This document shows positions 12,997-29,855 of a stretch of 64,000 nucleotides of DNA, piece by piece (position 1 is the stretch's first letter; each line of letters starts with the position of its first letter). Source of the stretch: the human T2T-CHM13v2.0 reference genome, Homo sapiens; the NCBI RefSeq assembly GCF_009914755.1, contig NC_060931.1; one strand, written 5' to 3'. The notes below the pieces were generated by a model. The model ran no database searches, was not told the DNA's origin, and saw only the letters and a list, made by a program, of their open reading frames with translations. The translations under genes and the position numbers were made by a program.

Positions 12997-13411
12997 CTGA
13001 GCTATGTGCTGAGTCAGAGCAAACAAAACACACTTCCTGTCCACATGAGAGTTCCTTTCATGTATCCTATATTCTTTCTCTTTCCCTCTACAGACAAATC
13101 CAGCCATGGCCCTCTTTCCCCGGGAAGACCATTATGTCTAGCGGTCTCCTTTCTCTCTGCTTCTTCTCAGGCAGCTCCATGCACCCTTCATAAGAGGCTG
13201 GGGACAGGGGGATGAGGGTGGAAAGAGCACAGTACTTGAATCATTAAGCAGGTCTGGATTGAAGTCCTTCCCCATATAAATTGTGCCACTTGGCCTCCTC
13301 AACCTGTGTCTTGTAAAAACAGGTATTCCAACACCTCTGTCCCATACCACTTTAGAAAATGGAAGAGTTAGCAAATATGAGAGTGCCTCGCCCAGAATCG
13401 TTATTCAGTAA

Positions 13412-13885
<474 letters not shown>

Positions 13886-14085
13886 TAATATTTTAAGTGA
13901 AAACACATTTATTGTATTCAATCACTGTTTAGTCTTTGCAACTATCCTATACAGGTATACAGCTATGTGTAATAAAATCATGTTTTGAAATATTTTTAAT
14001 TCAGGAGAGGAGAAAATCTGGGATTGAAAATACTCATTCCCTCTGCAGAACTTTCCTTTGCTAGGAGTGATAGAAATGTTCTAGA

Positions 14086-14238
14086 ACCTTGCTACTCCTC
14101 CACGGGTGGTTCTCGGACCAGGAGCATCGGTATCACTTGAGATCTTGCCAAAAATGCAAAATCTTAGGTCCAACCTCAGATCTACTGAATCGAAATCTTC
14201 ATTTTAACATGATCCCCAAAGGATTTGTGTACACTGGT
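14086..14238. mobile_element. MER5A-like hAT remnant
   Basis: aaatgcaaaatcttagg...agatctactgaatc...cattttaacatgatcccc. Confidence 0.7.
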
Positions 14239-14295
14239 CTGGAACATTCATTTACCTAGGTGTGGTTTGAAAGATTGCTTCAACACTTCTGCTAG

Positions 14296-14624
<329 letters not shown>

Positions 14625-15067
14625 TAGAATAATGATCACATAGGACTTCAAAAGACAATGAAAAAAAAAATCAGTCTGAGGTTTCAAAGCCACACCAGAA
14701 AAAGCATCAATTTAAACTAATGTCCATAGAAAAACCCTTCCTGCTGGGTCTAACTCTGGTTTTTAGGGTAAGTACCAGGGGAACAAGGCCTAATGAGCAG
14801 GTGTCAGGGAAGCATTGATTCTATAGTAGCCTGAGAGCAGGTGTGCATAAGACCACATGGGTTTCAATCACCACAGGAGAGCAGTCTTGGGTAGTCACAG
14901 GAGAGGAGCTTGCTTTTGCCTCTTCCTGAGAAAGCCCGGACCATGTGACCAAGTAGATCTGAAGGATGAGGGAACTGGAAGCCATCATCCTCATTGTCAC
15001 TTCTTTTGTGTTCTTTGTAAGCTAGATTGCAAAGATTTCATTCATGACAGTTTAACTCACGGTTACA

Positions 15068-15303
15068 CGTAAGGACTCTGGAGTCAGACCACTTGAGCTC
15101 AAACTTGGCACCATCTGCTAGTGTTGTAACTTTGGGCAAGATATTTAGCCTCTGTGTGCCTCACTTTCCTCCTCAACAAGTGGGGATAATAAAATAATAC
15201 CTGCCTCACAACATTGTTGTGAGGATACAGTGAGTTAATCTCAGCCACATGCTTAAAACACTGCTTAGCATATTAGTAGATACCATATAAGTATTTATTA
15301 TTA
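15068..15303 (+). mobile_element. MIR
   Basis: ctctggagtcagac...ttgggcaag...gcctcactttcctc...gttgtgaggat. Confidence 0.8.
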
Positions 15304-15693
15304 AATAGTTTAAAATGTCAATGGCCTGTGCAAAGTCCCACTGGCTAATGAGGTGATGTGACTCTGCAGCTGCGTCTTAAAGCAGATCCTTCATAAAGAA
15401 TACCAGTGGGAAAGGATTTTCTGTGGAATAGCACTTTGAACTCGATGATGGTGCAGGTCATCTGGAGTTAGTGGGGAAGGCCTTTCTCCATGTCTGGTGG
15501 CATCACTGGCTGGGCCTGGAGCTTCCCATGTCAGGGTGTGATGCCACTGATTGGGCTGCAGCCCCTACGGTGATAATATCCACAGTTCCATCCCCTGTCC
15601 GGTGGCTGGGACTGCAGTTGGACTCCCTCTACATTCACAATGTACTTCAATCTCTCAGTTGTGTTAGGGGACCAATAAAGAACCCTGCTTTAG

Positions 15694-16157
15694 CTTGTAT
15701 GTTCACTGCAGCACTATTCACAGTAGCAAAGATATGGAAGCAACCTACATGTCCATCAACAGATGATTAGATAAAGAGAATGTGGTGGTGCATATACCCA
15801 ACGGAATACTATTCAGCCATAAAAAGAATGAAATCATACCTTTTGTAACAACATGGATGGAACTGGAGGCTGTCATCTTAAGTGAAACAAGTCAGATGCA
15901 GAAAGACAGACACCATGTGTTCTCACCTATAAGTGGGAGTTAAATAATGTGTACACATGGACATAGAATGCAGGATGATAGACAACGGAGACCCAGAAAG
16001 GTGAGGGGGTGGGAGGGGAGTGGATGATGAGAAATTACTTAATGGGTACAATGTACATTATTCAGGTGATGGATACCCTTAAAGCCCTGACTTCATCGCT
16101 AATCAATGCATGTAACAATATTACACTTGTATCCCACAAATTTACACAAATTTTAAA
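15694..16157 (+). mobile_element. 5'-truncated L1PB-type 3' end with 17-bp target site duplication (TSD)
   Basis: L1 3' sequence (gcagcactattcaca...tattcagccataaaaagaatgaaatc); TSD aaagaaccctgctttag (15677-15693) / aaagagccctgcttcag (16158-16174). Confidence 0.9.
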
Positions 16158-16454
16158 AAAGAGCCCTGCTTCAGGACCCTGTCTGCCTCCAGTGAGGTGG
16201 AAATGACTGTGAAATGAGTCTTTCATATACCTTCAGAGTCCATCTTGTGTTGTCACTGAGGTTTGGAACAAGGGGTTGCCTAGGGTGGGGGACTCCTTAG
16301 CTTTTGGTCCCTTGGTTCCCTACACTACTCTTTAAATTTTGGCAATGTGCTATATAGGGTTAAGACTAAGTAAGTAATTCTCCCCCTCCATGGCCTTTAA
16401 GCTACAAGAAAAAATTGCAAAAAGAACAAACACTACTTATAAGTAGAATTGTTT

Positions 16455-16780
16455 TTTAAGCACATATTTTGTGTCAGGCACAGTCCTGGGTTATGGGGAT
16501 GGAGCATTGACCAGAACAAACTAATCTTTACCCTGAAGTTGCTGACAGTGTCATGTGGGGTAGGGAGAGACCGGTAATGAAATAAGTAGTAGTCAATATC
16601 GTAATACGTTATCTGGAAAAAAAGACAAATCAGGGAAAAGGAATGGAGGTGCTAAGCGTGTGGTTTTAAATAGGGACAGATGACATTCTGATAACAACCA
16701 GAAGGAGATGAGGGTATGGGGAAAGATCTGCACTCTAGGGACACAGATGCTGTGGTCCCTGGGTCAGACTTTAGGAACAC
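16455..16780 (-). mobile_element. L2 remnant
   Basis: tgtgtcaggcacagtcctggg...ggggat antisense L2 tail. Confidence 0.55.
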
Positions 16781-17207
16781 AAGCAGAGGGAGGAGGAATG
16801 GGGAAGAGAGCAACAGAGCCCATTCCAAGTCAAATGTTCGCTGCAACTTCATGCCAACATGCTGTTTACACAAACTGTGGGACTCAAATTGGGGTTTTCA
16901 CCACACTGTGATGCTGCTGAGCCATTTTTTACCCTTTTCTTCCTTATAGCTCAGCTTCTTAGTAAGAGACGGACCTACCAAGGGACATGCAGTTTCCTTT
17001 GTCTCCTTTCAGCCCTGAAAGTGAACCACTGAGACTGGTATTCAAGTATATTTTTGAATGGAATTAGCCTATCTGGCACAGTAAAACCCAGTCCGCCAAA
17101 GGTCTTCTGCCCTCTGTATTAACACGTGTTCTCCATCCGCGACAATGGAATTCCATTGTTGTGTACTTCAGGAATCACAAATCATTTTAGTGGCCTAAAA
17201 GACTTTG

Positions 17208-17545
<338 letters not shown>

Positions 17546-18118
17546 TCACAAGGATTATCTCTGCTTGAGAAGAAAAAGGAAACATTTCAAAAAATGTAAA
17601 AATATAAACGTTCAATTAAGACAAACTTTTCTTGTTCTGCGTGCTCCTTCCCCGCAGTGGCATCTTTGGAGTTAGTTCTCTTAATCTTTTCAGCAGTATC
17701 CAAATTCCTTGGGTGTTTACCACCATAATTGGTGGTTTTAATAACCTGATAAATGCTCTAAAATTGTAGGCCTTAAAAGATAATTATCTCTGAGGTTCAT
17801 ATACTAGAACAGTGAAGGGTTGGGACCTAAAAAAAAAAAAACTTTGATAATCTATATCTACAAGGTGAGTGGGAAGAATCTCCATAAGGCACTGCTTTAG
17901 AAGGTAAAATGATGCTTATGCAAAGTAGTTCTCATTAATTCTGAACCAAATGGTCATAAAAACAAAATGGCCTTCAGAAAGTACTCTAGCTCTCCAAGCT
18001 TGAGAATTTGGTTTCTAGCCCCCAGAGGTCTGCCTTTTAATATAACTTTCAAATGCTGAAGGATTGAGCTTCATCTACACTAAAATTAGGACTAAGCAAA
18101 AATAAAATCTATCCTTAG

Positions 18119-18571
<453 letters not shown>

Positions 18572-18689
18572 TAGAAAAAAAAAAAAGATGTCAGTTTATC
18601 TGCACTAAGAACTGCAATTTAAAAAACCAAAGGACTCTTAAATTTAATTTTTTTCCCCCGTTGGAGAAAATAAGGAAAAGGCAAAAGAA

Positions 18690-18750
18690 TAAGGAGGAGG
18701 AGAAAGAGAAGGAGGAGGGAGGAGGAGGAGGAGGAGGAGGAGAAAGAAGT
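18690..18750. repeat. (GGA)n polypurine repeat
   Basis: Direct reading. Confidence 0.9.
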
Positions 18751-19956
18751 AAGAAGTAGGGGGCATCTGCAATATCCTACCACCTAAAGATAACCACCAT
18801 TAACATTTTGACATACTTTTTTCTGGTTGTTAAAATATTTGTGATCATGTCGAATACACAGCATAAGTGTTTTTACATACTGGCTTGTAAAAATCAGGGG
18901 CATTCTCTTCTTTGTGCTGAATACTTCATCCTTCCATCTCTTATCATCTTCCTGCTTCAACATCAAAATACTTCAGCTTGAAAAGAGGCCAGACTTTGAG
19001 CAGCAGCTCCAGCCTTGATCTGGAAGCCCATCTCAGTTTTAAATCCTGCATCTTGCCTTCAAGTGCATAACAGTGAAGCTCCACTTTTCATTTTGCCCCC
19101 CTTTGTCCCTTAATAATTAGCACAATGGTTCTGCCAATAGCTAAGCTGCCGGTTGGCTTCTTCTCCATCATTTAATGAATTTCCTTATCAGAGCCATCAT
19201 TAAAGTGCTGCTTTTCCTGTTGTTAGCGATTTTGAAGGATTATATACAGGTTATTGTATTGTGACCTCTTACTTCCCTCATTTCTCTTTCCTTCCTCCTC
19301 TCAATCTCCCTCCCTCCTTCTCTCCCCACTCCCTTCATGTGTGTCTCTCTCTCATTCTCTCCCCAGTCCCTTCATGTGTGTGTCTCTCTCTTTCTCTCTG
19401 TCTCTCTCCTCCCCGCTGCCACAGGCACACACATTTTCCCGTGTTCTACCAGCAGAACAGAAGTAAACCTGAATACTCAGTTGGGAAACTTGTGGGAAAG
19501 CAGTTGAGAAAAACTGAGGTGTAGGGATTAGATGAGGGCTCAAGATTTTTGCATGCTTTCGTACAAAATAGACTATAATGTAAATAACATCCTCTAGATT
19601 TGTGCAGTATACAACCTGGACAATATTCACAGTGGCCCAGTGGTGCAATCTCAAGGCTGAATCCCAACGAAGGTGAAGAGAGCACACAGGAAGCAAAGCT
19701 TAATGCTTGCTCATTTGTATAGGGGTTGCTACAAGTGTTAGAGTGGACACATGGATGCGATTGTCTGGTTGCCCTCAAGCAAGCTGCTGTTGCCTATTTG
19801 GGAGTATTTGACTTAGTGAGGAGGGGCTCCTAGGAGAGATGATTTGCAGAGTCCATCTGTGAAGAATCAGCCGTGGTCTTCCGCTCCCTCCCCAGCCTCC
19901 ACACTAGCTGTGGAAGCCTGGACTAACTTCATACTCTGACAAGGAAACAGTGCTGG

Positions 19957-20386
19957 TATTACTATGAATTGTGTCCCTCCAAAAAATGTTGAAACCTTAA
20001 GCCTCAGTACCTGAGAATGTGACCTTATTTGGAAATACGGTCTTTGCAGATGATTAAGTTAAGATGAAGTAATTAGACTTGGCCCCTAACTCAGTATGAA
20101 TGGTGTCTGTAAAAAGAGGAAATTTGGACACAGAGACGTGCACATAGGGAGAATGCTAGATGAACATAAAGGCAAAGGCCAGGTGACACATCTATAAGCC
20201 AAGGAACCCCAGTGATTGCCAGTAACAACCAGCAGCTTGGGGAGAGGCATGGAACAGATTCTCCCTCACAGCCTCAGGGGGAACCAACCCTGCCAACACC
20301 TCCAGAACAGTGAGACAATACATTTCTGTTGTTTAAGCCAACTGCTTTGTGGTACTTTGTCACAACAGCCCCAGCAAGCTCGTACA
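19957..20386 (+). mobile_element. MLT1B/C MaLR solo LTR
   Basis: gaatgtgaccttatttggaaata...gtctttgcagatg...tttctgttgtttaagcca. Confidence 0.85.
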
Positions 20387-20534
20387 CCTATTGAGTGTGT
20401 AGAGAAGCACAGTGTGGAATCTCCTTCTCCAGAGATGCCTTTGTCATTTCAAAGAAGCTTTCCCTTTTATGGAGATGGGTCTCCTAACCCCTAACACATC
20501 AGCATAAGGTTGCTCCCTTTCTTCAGCAGCTTCC

Positions 20535-20760
20535 CGTTTACTGAACCCTTGCTAGGTCCTAGGCCTCATGCCAAGAAAGCCCTTTAATGTGTTTTTTAAT
20601 TCACTCCTCACCATGTCTCTATGCAGAAAGCATGGCTATTAGCTATCTTTGCAGATGAGAAAATGTGCTCAAAGAGGTTAGGTGACATTTCTGAGGTTCA
20701 CACAGCTGGTATGTAGCAAACCTAGGATTCAAAATCCAGATCTGTCTGCTCCAAAACTCA
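20535..20760 (-). mobile_element. MIR interrupted by an Alu
   Basis: gcagatgagaaaat...gctcaaagaggttaggtgac. Confidence 0.7.
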
Positions 20761-20767
20761 TACTCTT

Positions 20768-21082
20768 TTTTATTTTTTACTTTTTTATTTTTTTTGAGGC
20801 TGGGTCTTGATCTGTTGCCCAGGCTGGAGTGCAGTGGTGCAGTTATGGCTCACTGCGGCCTTGACCTCCCCAACTCAAGAAATCCTCCCACCTCAGCCTC
20901 CTGAGTAGCTGGGACTACAGGAGCATGCTACCATGCTTGGATCATTTTTGTTTTTAATTTTTAGTAGAGATGGAGTCTCCCTAGGTTTTCCAGGCTGGAC
21001 TCAAACTCCTGGGCTCAAGTGATCCTCTTGCCTTAGCCTCCTAAAGTGCTGGGATTACATGTGTGAGTCACTGAGCCCAGCC
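20768..21082 (-). mobile_element. AluJ
   Basis: J-type ccttgacctcc...atcctcccacctcagcc; TSD aaaactcata(c/t)tctt at 20753-20767 and 21083-21097. Confidence 0.92.
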
Positions 21083-21599
21083 AAAACTCATATTCTTAAT
21101 GATCATAATGTATTTTCCTTGCCACCATGTAGTTTATATTTTCAAAATCCTTAAACATCTTTAAATTTACCTTTTATTTGCTCTCTCTAGATTCTTTTCA
21201 TAAATCCAAACTTCTTATTTTGTTAAAGACATATTTTTATTGAGGGAAAACACTCCCTATGTTCACCCTATTATAATTTTACTTGACCTGAAATTGGGCA
21301 GTTTGAAGTTTTCAGTGACTGATAACATGAGCTTCCATTTTTCGAGCATTTACTATATACCAATCACTTTACATTAATTGTCTCTCTCAATCTCTATACC
21401 AAGTCTCATTTTTCAGACATGAGTTTAGGTAATTTGCCAAGGTCACATAGGAAGCGGGGGTCATGTCAGATTTTGACTGTAGAGCCTGCATCTTAACCAC
21501 TTTGTTTTATTGTATATCGGTTTTTTCCCTACTAAAGAGAATAAACAAGCAAAACATAAAAGCACTTGGAGCCTGGGCCCTGTTGCAGGAATGCCATCG

Positions 21600-22290
21600 C
21601 GTGCCCTTTCACCTGCCTCCTCATCTCTCCCCTGGACCACCACAGTCATCAGCAATCTGCATCCTCCCACTCCACACCCTCCCATTCAGTCTGTGCCCAG
21701 GAGCCATATTGAAATGAAATACACATCTGATCACAGCACTCCTAGGCTGAAAACCACTCAATGGCCTGCTGTTGTACCAAGAAGAAAATCTACATGCCTT
21801 CTGAGGCCTTCAAGGCCCTATTTCTTCTGACCTTCCCTATTATTGATCCTCATCTGCCTACCTCTCCTTAACGCACTAATCTGACACCACCTCAGTCTAA
21901 TTCCAGTTCCTCTAGCAATGCCAGCATGTCCTGACCTCTCAATCTCCCCATGTGGTCCCTCTGCTGCGCACAGTCTCCCCATTTTTCCCTCGCTCCTAAT
22001 CATCCTTCAGATCTTGGCTTACATGACACTTCTTCAAAGGCCTTCCCTGATCCCCCAAACAAAAGTAAATCCTTCTCTCTTAGTCTTAATATCGGACCCT
22101 GGCTTTGCAATGCACTTTTATTCTAATTTGCAATTATGTTGTTTGTCTGCTCATTTGTTTTTGTCAGCCTTTCCCACTAAAAACTTACGTTCCACAAGGG
22201 CAGGGACTCTGTCTTTAACTCTGCAGCCCCTGAGCCTAGCACAATGCCTGGCACATACTGGCCTGCGAAATGTGTGTGGAATCAATACAT
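21600..22290 (+). mobile_element. L2 remnant
   Basis: gggcagggact...cctagcacaatgcctggcacat. Confidence 0.75.
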
Positions 22291-24309
22291 AAAAGGAAGG
22301 AGGTCAGCACCTACTAGGAACCACGTAGATATGGACCGCTAAAGGCGAGTTTCCGTAACAGGACCTCTGAAAAGAGGTGGGAACGACAGAAATGAAAATG
22401 GGAATAAATTCTGCTTGTTCCTTCCACCTTCGTTTCATTTTTGTGGTTCCTAGAAACAACGAGCACATCAACTGCCTGATATTAGAGCTGAGCTGCTAAC
22501 CACCCCCTCTTCCTGTTCTCACAAACCCCATTCCTGACTCCTCTCTCTCTTGTCCCCAGTGAGAGGTGGCCCATTCAAACCACCACCTCCCACCTGTGCT
22601 TCAAAAATGTATTTTCCTTCTCCACATCTTAGATCTCACTGTTTTCCTCATTTTGCCTCATTTCCTTACAACAAAGAGTCTGGTGATCTTAGAGGATTAT
22701 TAAAGGGGGAATAAATATTGATGTGTGTGTGTTGCAGTTGTAGGGAAAAGAGGGAAATGTAATGGAAATTGCCAAGTAACGGTTCTGCCTGTTACCTGGT
22801 TGCCAAGGTAATTGTGAATCTCCATCTTGCTCTTGACCAGCCATGGGCAGCTGAGAACACTGGTGGTACATGTCTCCCCAGAATCCACCTGAGTCCTCTG
22901 CAGGTTGTCTGTGTGACATCTCCCCAACCCCAACTCCCCTCCGCAGTCTCTCCCCTCCTCACGACCCTCAGGAAGAAGCAGACTCTTGGCCTGTGATCTT
23001 TGAACAGAGACAGGTGGTTGTTAGAGCCCTTGCTATGTGTAAGTGAGAAGATGTTGAGTCCAGATGTGTGCGCACTTGTGTTCTGACGAAGGACAGAGAC
23101 GATGCCCTACAGATGTTGGAACAGCAGAAATGCAACCTCTTCAAACCTTGAGGACTGTTGACTTCACAAGAGAGAGAAAGTACCCACCCCTCATCCTTCC
23201 CAAACTGTTTTTCTACTAAAGCATCCAGCTCATGGAGAAAATAGAGACACATGGCATCCCTAGCAGCTGGAGCCCACCTGCGGCTGCAGTCCAGGAAGAT
23301 CTTCTCAATTCTGTCTTCACCAAACCACAAGGAGAACTGCAGGTAATTTTTTTGTTCATTTTCTCCTCCATCCTGTTACACCACCAGCTCCATCACCTTC
23401 CGCTGCCCTGACGTGAACATGAAGCAAGGAAAAGAGATGGGCAATGGTCTCTTTTTTTCATCTTCCAAGAGTTTTTAGTAATATTTTTGCTTTCCTGTCA
23501 ATGCATATCTTCATTTGGCTATTTTCCCTTCCTTCACCTGGTCTTCTAGATTTTGATGGAATATACATTTTTCTCTAGAAATACAATTGCTGCCAATACA
23601 AATTCAGTAGGGAAAATACTGGGTGTGATTTAGAACCACCTGGTGAGCCTCATTTCTCTGATAAAAATTTCATGGCTCTTGAAAACCTATGTATGCATCC
23701 ATTATCTCATGTGATATTAGAGCCACCAATGGCCTTGCTTCACTTCCAGAATCACTGGCAAATCTTACTTCTTTCTTCCTTTCCCCCCTCCCCATTTCCC
23801 AGTTTTCTAACTAACACGATTATTTTAAAGGAGTATCTGTGAGATTAAAACAAATACTATATTAAGATTATGTGCCTTAAAATGAAAGTAGCTTCTATCT
23901 CTACTTCATTTTGGAAAGTACTTATCTACCAAGAGGAGAAGATAAGGATCCCCTGACTCTGCCATTTCTCTTTTATAGAGATAAGAGTAGACAGATTTTG
24001 TAACTTTTATTGAATTCGGTGGACACAATGACTTTATAACTATTATATACAAGTTATAGAAAAGTTGATTCTGATTTCAGTTATTGCAACAGGCTTTTTC
24101 CTATTCCTTTCTTCTCATCCTCAACACCATCTGAAAATTTTTAGATTTATATGTCCTTTTTAGCCCTAAAATTCTAAGAAAAAGAGGCAATGAAGTCAGA
24201 GGAGTTATCTAAAGTCACCCAAGGAGAAAGAGACAAATCTGAGACTTGAACTCAGTTCTCCCAACTCTGAACATTTGCTTTCATAACATTTAAAAAATCA
24301 TATTAAAAT

Positions 24310-24790
<481 letters not shown>

Positions 24791-25244
24791 TAAAAATAAA
24801 AACCATGTTTTCCTCATACATCTTTCCAAATAACAGACTATAAGATCCTGATTTTGGGATTTGCATCTCACAGTTATTGCAGGGGACCAACATGTCAAAT
24901 CCCAAAATAGATTTCAGAGCAGACATGGGGATTAAGAGACCAGCTAAATATTCAGCCACAAATGGGTCATTGCTGAGGGAAGCCAAGAGTCCACTAGAAA
25001 TGCAGGGAGCATGTCACTAGGTTGCCAAAAATATGCCCAGATTCTGACAGATGTCCCCTCTGAGGAAAGCACAACCGTGCTCTCATCTTCAGTGGAGTCA
25101 GCACCCAAGGACCCCTAAAATAGCACCAACAATGCCTTGCTGGTGTGTTAAAGAATAGCAAAAGACATTTTTAGTTTCCTCAACATGATTTTCATTCTTC
25201 TTTCTTAGTGCCTTATCAAAGAGAAGCCTTCTTGGGCACCATTA

Positions 25245-25555
25245 GTGGGTGGTAAATTGGTGGGGGTGCTTTAGAGGACAACTTGACAATATCAAGATTT
25301 GAAAGGCACTTGCAGAAATTCCCTTTCTGGAAATTTTGCCCCAGTTATATTTATATACAGATACTTATACAAAGATATTCATTGCAGCATTGTTTGCTAT
25401 AGCAAACATCATAAACAACTTAGCATTCATTCTTGGAAAATGGCAAACATAAATCTGGTCATATAGTGGAATACCATATAGTCACTAAAACAACCAAGGT
25501 CCATCTCTGTGTGTTGGTTATAGAAAGACGTACAAGATAACCATTAAGCAAAAAA
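25245..25555 (+). mobile_element. L1ME remnant
   Basis: agatattcattgcagcattgtttg. Confidence 0.6.
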
Positions 25556-26175
25556 CACCAGACATGTAAGTTTGATCTTAGAGGAGACTAGCAGTTTCCA
25601 GAAGGTATGTGAGTTTGTCCTTAGACACAGTTGAGAGTCGCCCTGGACTGGGGGAAGAAAATTGATAGAGCCAATATTCAATCCAGGTGTGTCTGTCCAC
25701 AAAGACTGTGTTCCTAACCATTCACAGCCTCTTCATGTTTACATACTTGATCTTTTGCAATTCTGGTGGCATGAACTTGGGGATTCGGCCATTCTCTGCA
25801 GTGCCCAGCACTTCCTTGGACCTGTGGGCCCCAGAGCTCTCTCAAAAAGAGCTCCTAAGCTCTGGGGCCAGATGGAGCAAGCTAAGCACATGCTCCTATG
25901 AAGACCTGGCCCCCAGTGTCAGTCACTGGAGATGTGGCCTCTTGAAATTTTCCCCTTATAGTTGGGACACAGTGTCTTTTCATTTTTCCCAGGGATTTCT
26001 CCTGGGGCAAGATGGAGGAGGCCAGCTCTTGAACTTTTCCCCTTGCTGTCAGTGGCCTGTGAGAACCTGGTATGTGATCCATATAAGGATCTTTCTCCTT
26101 GGCATGTCTTTCTTTCAGCTTTCTTTCCTTTGCTTTCTTCAGGAGAGATTAAAAGAAGCTTAAAACCTCTGTAGA

Positions 26176-26484
<309 letters not shown>

Positions 26485-28879
26485 TTAAAATCACTATGTT
26501 TCTCCAAAATATGGAATTACTGCAAAAAAAATGGTCTAAAATCAAAAGAATCCTAGTTTTTCACTTCTGGAAGTCAATGTTGAGTCTCTGTGTTTGACCT
26601 ATATATTTCCCCATTGTATTCAATGTACTGATACATAAAGAAAGCATCTCAGTATGGGGGTAAGGTGGTAGTGGTTCAGACTCCCACAGAGATTTGGTGA
26701 AGACAGGGAGAAGATCTTTCACATACAGGCTGAAAACAAGTTCAAAAATCAGGTAGAGGCTACGAGATTGCTGTGGTCAGTGTGGGGCTGCAGGCTTGAG
26801 CCTGAGGCTGCTCAACCAGTTTTGCTCTTGAAGTCCCTGTAGCCAGCGGTGGAGGTGATGACTTAGACAGTAAGAGCCCTGCACACACAGGTAGAGAAGC
26901 CATCCCTAATAAGATCTGATTGTGAGAGGCTGCAAGTTTTCACAGAGAGAGACCTCAGGCAGGGGATCTTTACCTTGACCAGAAGGTGAGGAGGCAGAAC
27001 GTGCTTCTAAAATTCTATGCTGAGAGGCCAGAAGGTTGGAGAGAAATTTCTGGCTGAGACAACTCTCCTTCCCTTTTCTCCTTTCTTTCCTCCTGCCTGT
27101 TGAAGCAATCAGACAATGGATGGAATCCAAGAAAATGGTTGCCTTTAGCAACCCAAATTCCTTAACTTTAAGTTGTGATTTTCCGTTACTTTGTTACCCC
27201 CTTTGGGCTCTCTCTTTTCCAAGTGTGACAAACTGAGCATCATATTGAATAGAGATCTAATATAGACTGTAGCCTAGTGATTGCTTCGTGGGCTTTGCAT
27301 GTCATCCTTCTATAAATACAGTCTGGTATCATTTTGGCTTTTCAGCAATAGCAGTCCACTGCTGCATCCCTCCGTCTGTGGTCAAGCATGACCTCTCTTG
27401 TCTTCGTGTTACACCTGTGCCAAATCTCTCCTCCTCAACCCTGATTTTCCATGACTGGCTTCCCTGTCTCTAAATTTACCACTTTCTGTATTCCCACTCT
27501 TAGAAACTGCGGCATGATATTAGCAGAAGCCAGAGTTATTCAAATCCTTCTCTTTGACTATTGTCTAGAAAGAAAAAACATCTTCAAACTGGAAGGAGCA
27601 GAAATAAAGGCTGACGGAGCAACTACAACTCATGGACAAAAGCAGCAGCAGCCTCTTAAAAAGAATGGAGCCTGAAGCTGCAAAGCCCTGGGTTCAAGGG
27701 CAAGCTCAGTTTTTTTCATAACTGTGTGAGCTTGGGCAAGTTTTCTTACCTGTGAAAGGAGGCCATTTCACTACCTTATCTCTAAGCTACCTTTTAAAGA
27801 CTCAAGCATTAATACCTCACCCTGCAATAAGTCCCCTTTTGGAAAGCTTATGGACTTTTGGAGTTCCAGAGTCAGATGGAAGAGACAAAGCCTGACCTGG
27901 TTTTCTAAATCTTAGGATATTTTATTAATCTCATTATGTTTGACACCTCATGGAAACAAGAACATGGATATCTTCTACCAATTCCAAGGCTTACATTCTG
28001 AACAGGGACTATAGGAATAAGAGGAAAACTCCTTCCCCCATCAGAATATTTTCCAGTTGCCTCCTGGTTTGGCACCGTCTTCTCAGGATAGCAGCTTGAG
28101 TTATGATCAGGGAAGGAGTGAGTCTGCCCTGTGGCCTTCACCTCTAATTCTGGCATGTTTGACCTGGAAGGTCTCCTTCTTCTAAGTCCTTGGCATCTTG
28201 TGACAACTAGCTTGGCCTCTTTATACCATGGGAATCATTCATGGCCTTAATATGTTCAGCCTCAAAAGAACAGAAGAATACCAAGATGTATAGAATCTTC
28301 AAGTCAACTAGGGAAAAGGTTTAAAGCTTCCTCAGATGAAGATAAGCAGCTTCTCACCAGGTGGCTGTGTTTGATAGTTAAAGATGTTTAAGGTGACAAA
28401 GTCTGTTCCACTGCCTCATCCTTTAGCATTGGACAAAAATCAGAAGAAGAGTAGTAATCAGTCTCTGACAGCAGACGCTTGCCACTAAAGCGAGGAATCC
28501 AGGAGAGCTCTCCTACCCTTATTAAGGCCAACCTCAAAAAGTTTATTTTCAAGTCTAAATAACTTTATCTGTGGATGTTTAAAGAACTTGTACTATAGTC
28601 TCAAAGTCACAGTTATTAATTTTTGAGGAATCATGAAAGAGATAAATAAGATTGGAGATAGCCATCAGATGGGATGCCAGTCGTGGAAAGTCAGCCTAAT
28701 ATGAATGCCAAGGCATATGCTAAATTAGACTTACTTAAAAAGCAGAGGGTGGTTGGAGGAGACTGTAGAATTTAAAAAAGCATGCCACCAGTACCACAGC
28801 CACCATACGCATGCACCATACTTGCCTTGTTTCATTTAAGTTTTAATAGATTATTTGGCTGGCAAGCTTCAGGGGCTAC

Positions 28880-29855
<976 letters not shown>

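Noticed and set aside
18752-18767. Partial CTCF-like AGTAGGGGGCAT
   Set aside because: Lacks the 5' CC of the core motif
25097-25116. REST/NRSF-like GTCAGCACCCAAGGAC
   Set aside because: Wrong spacer and poor right half-site
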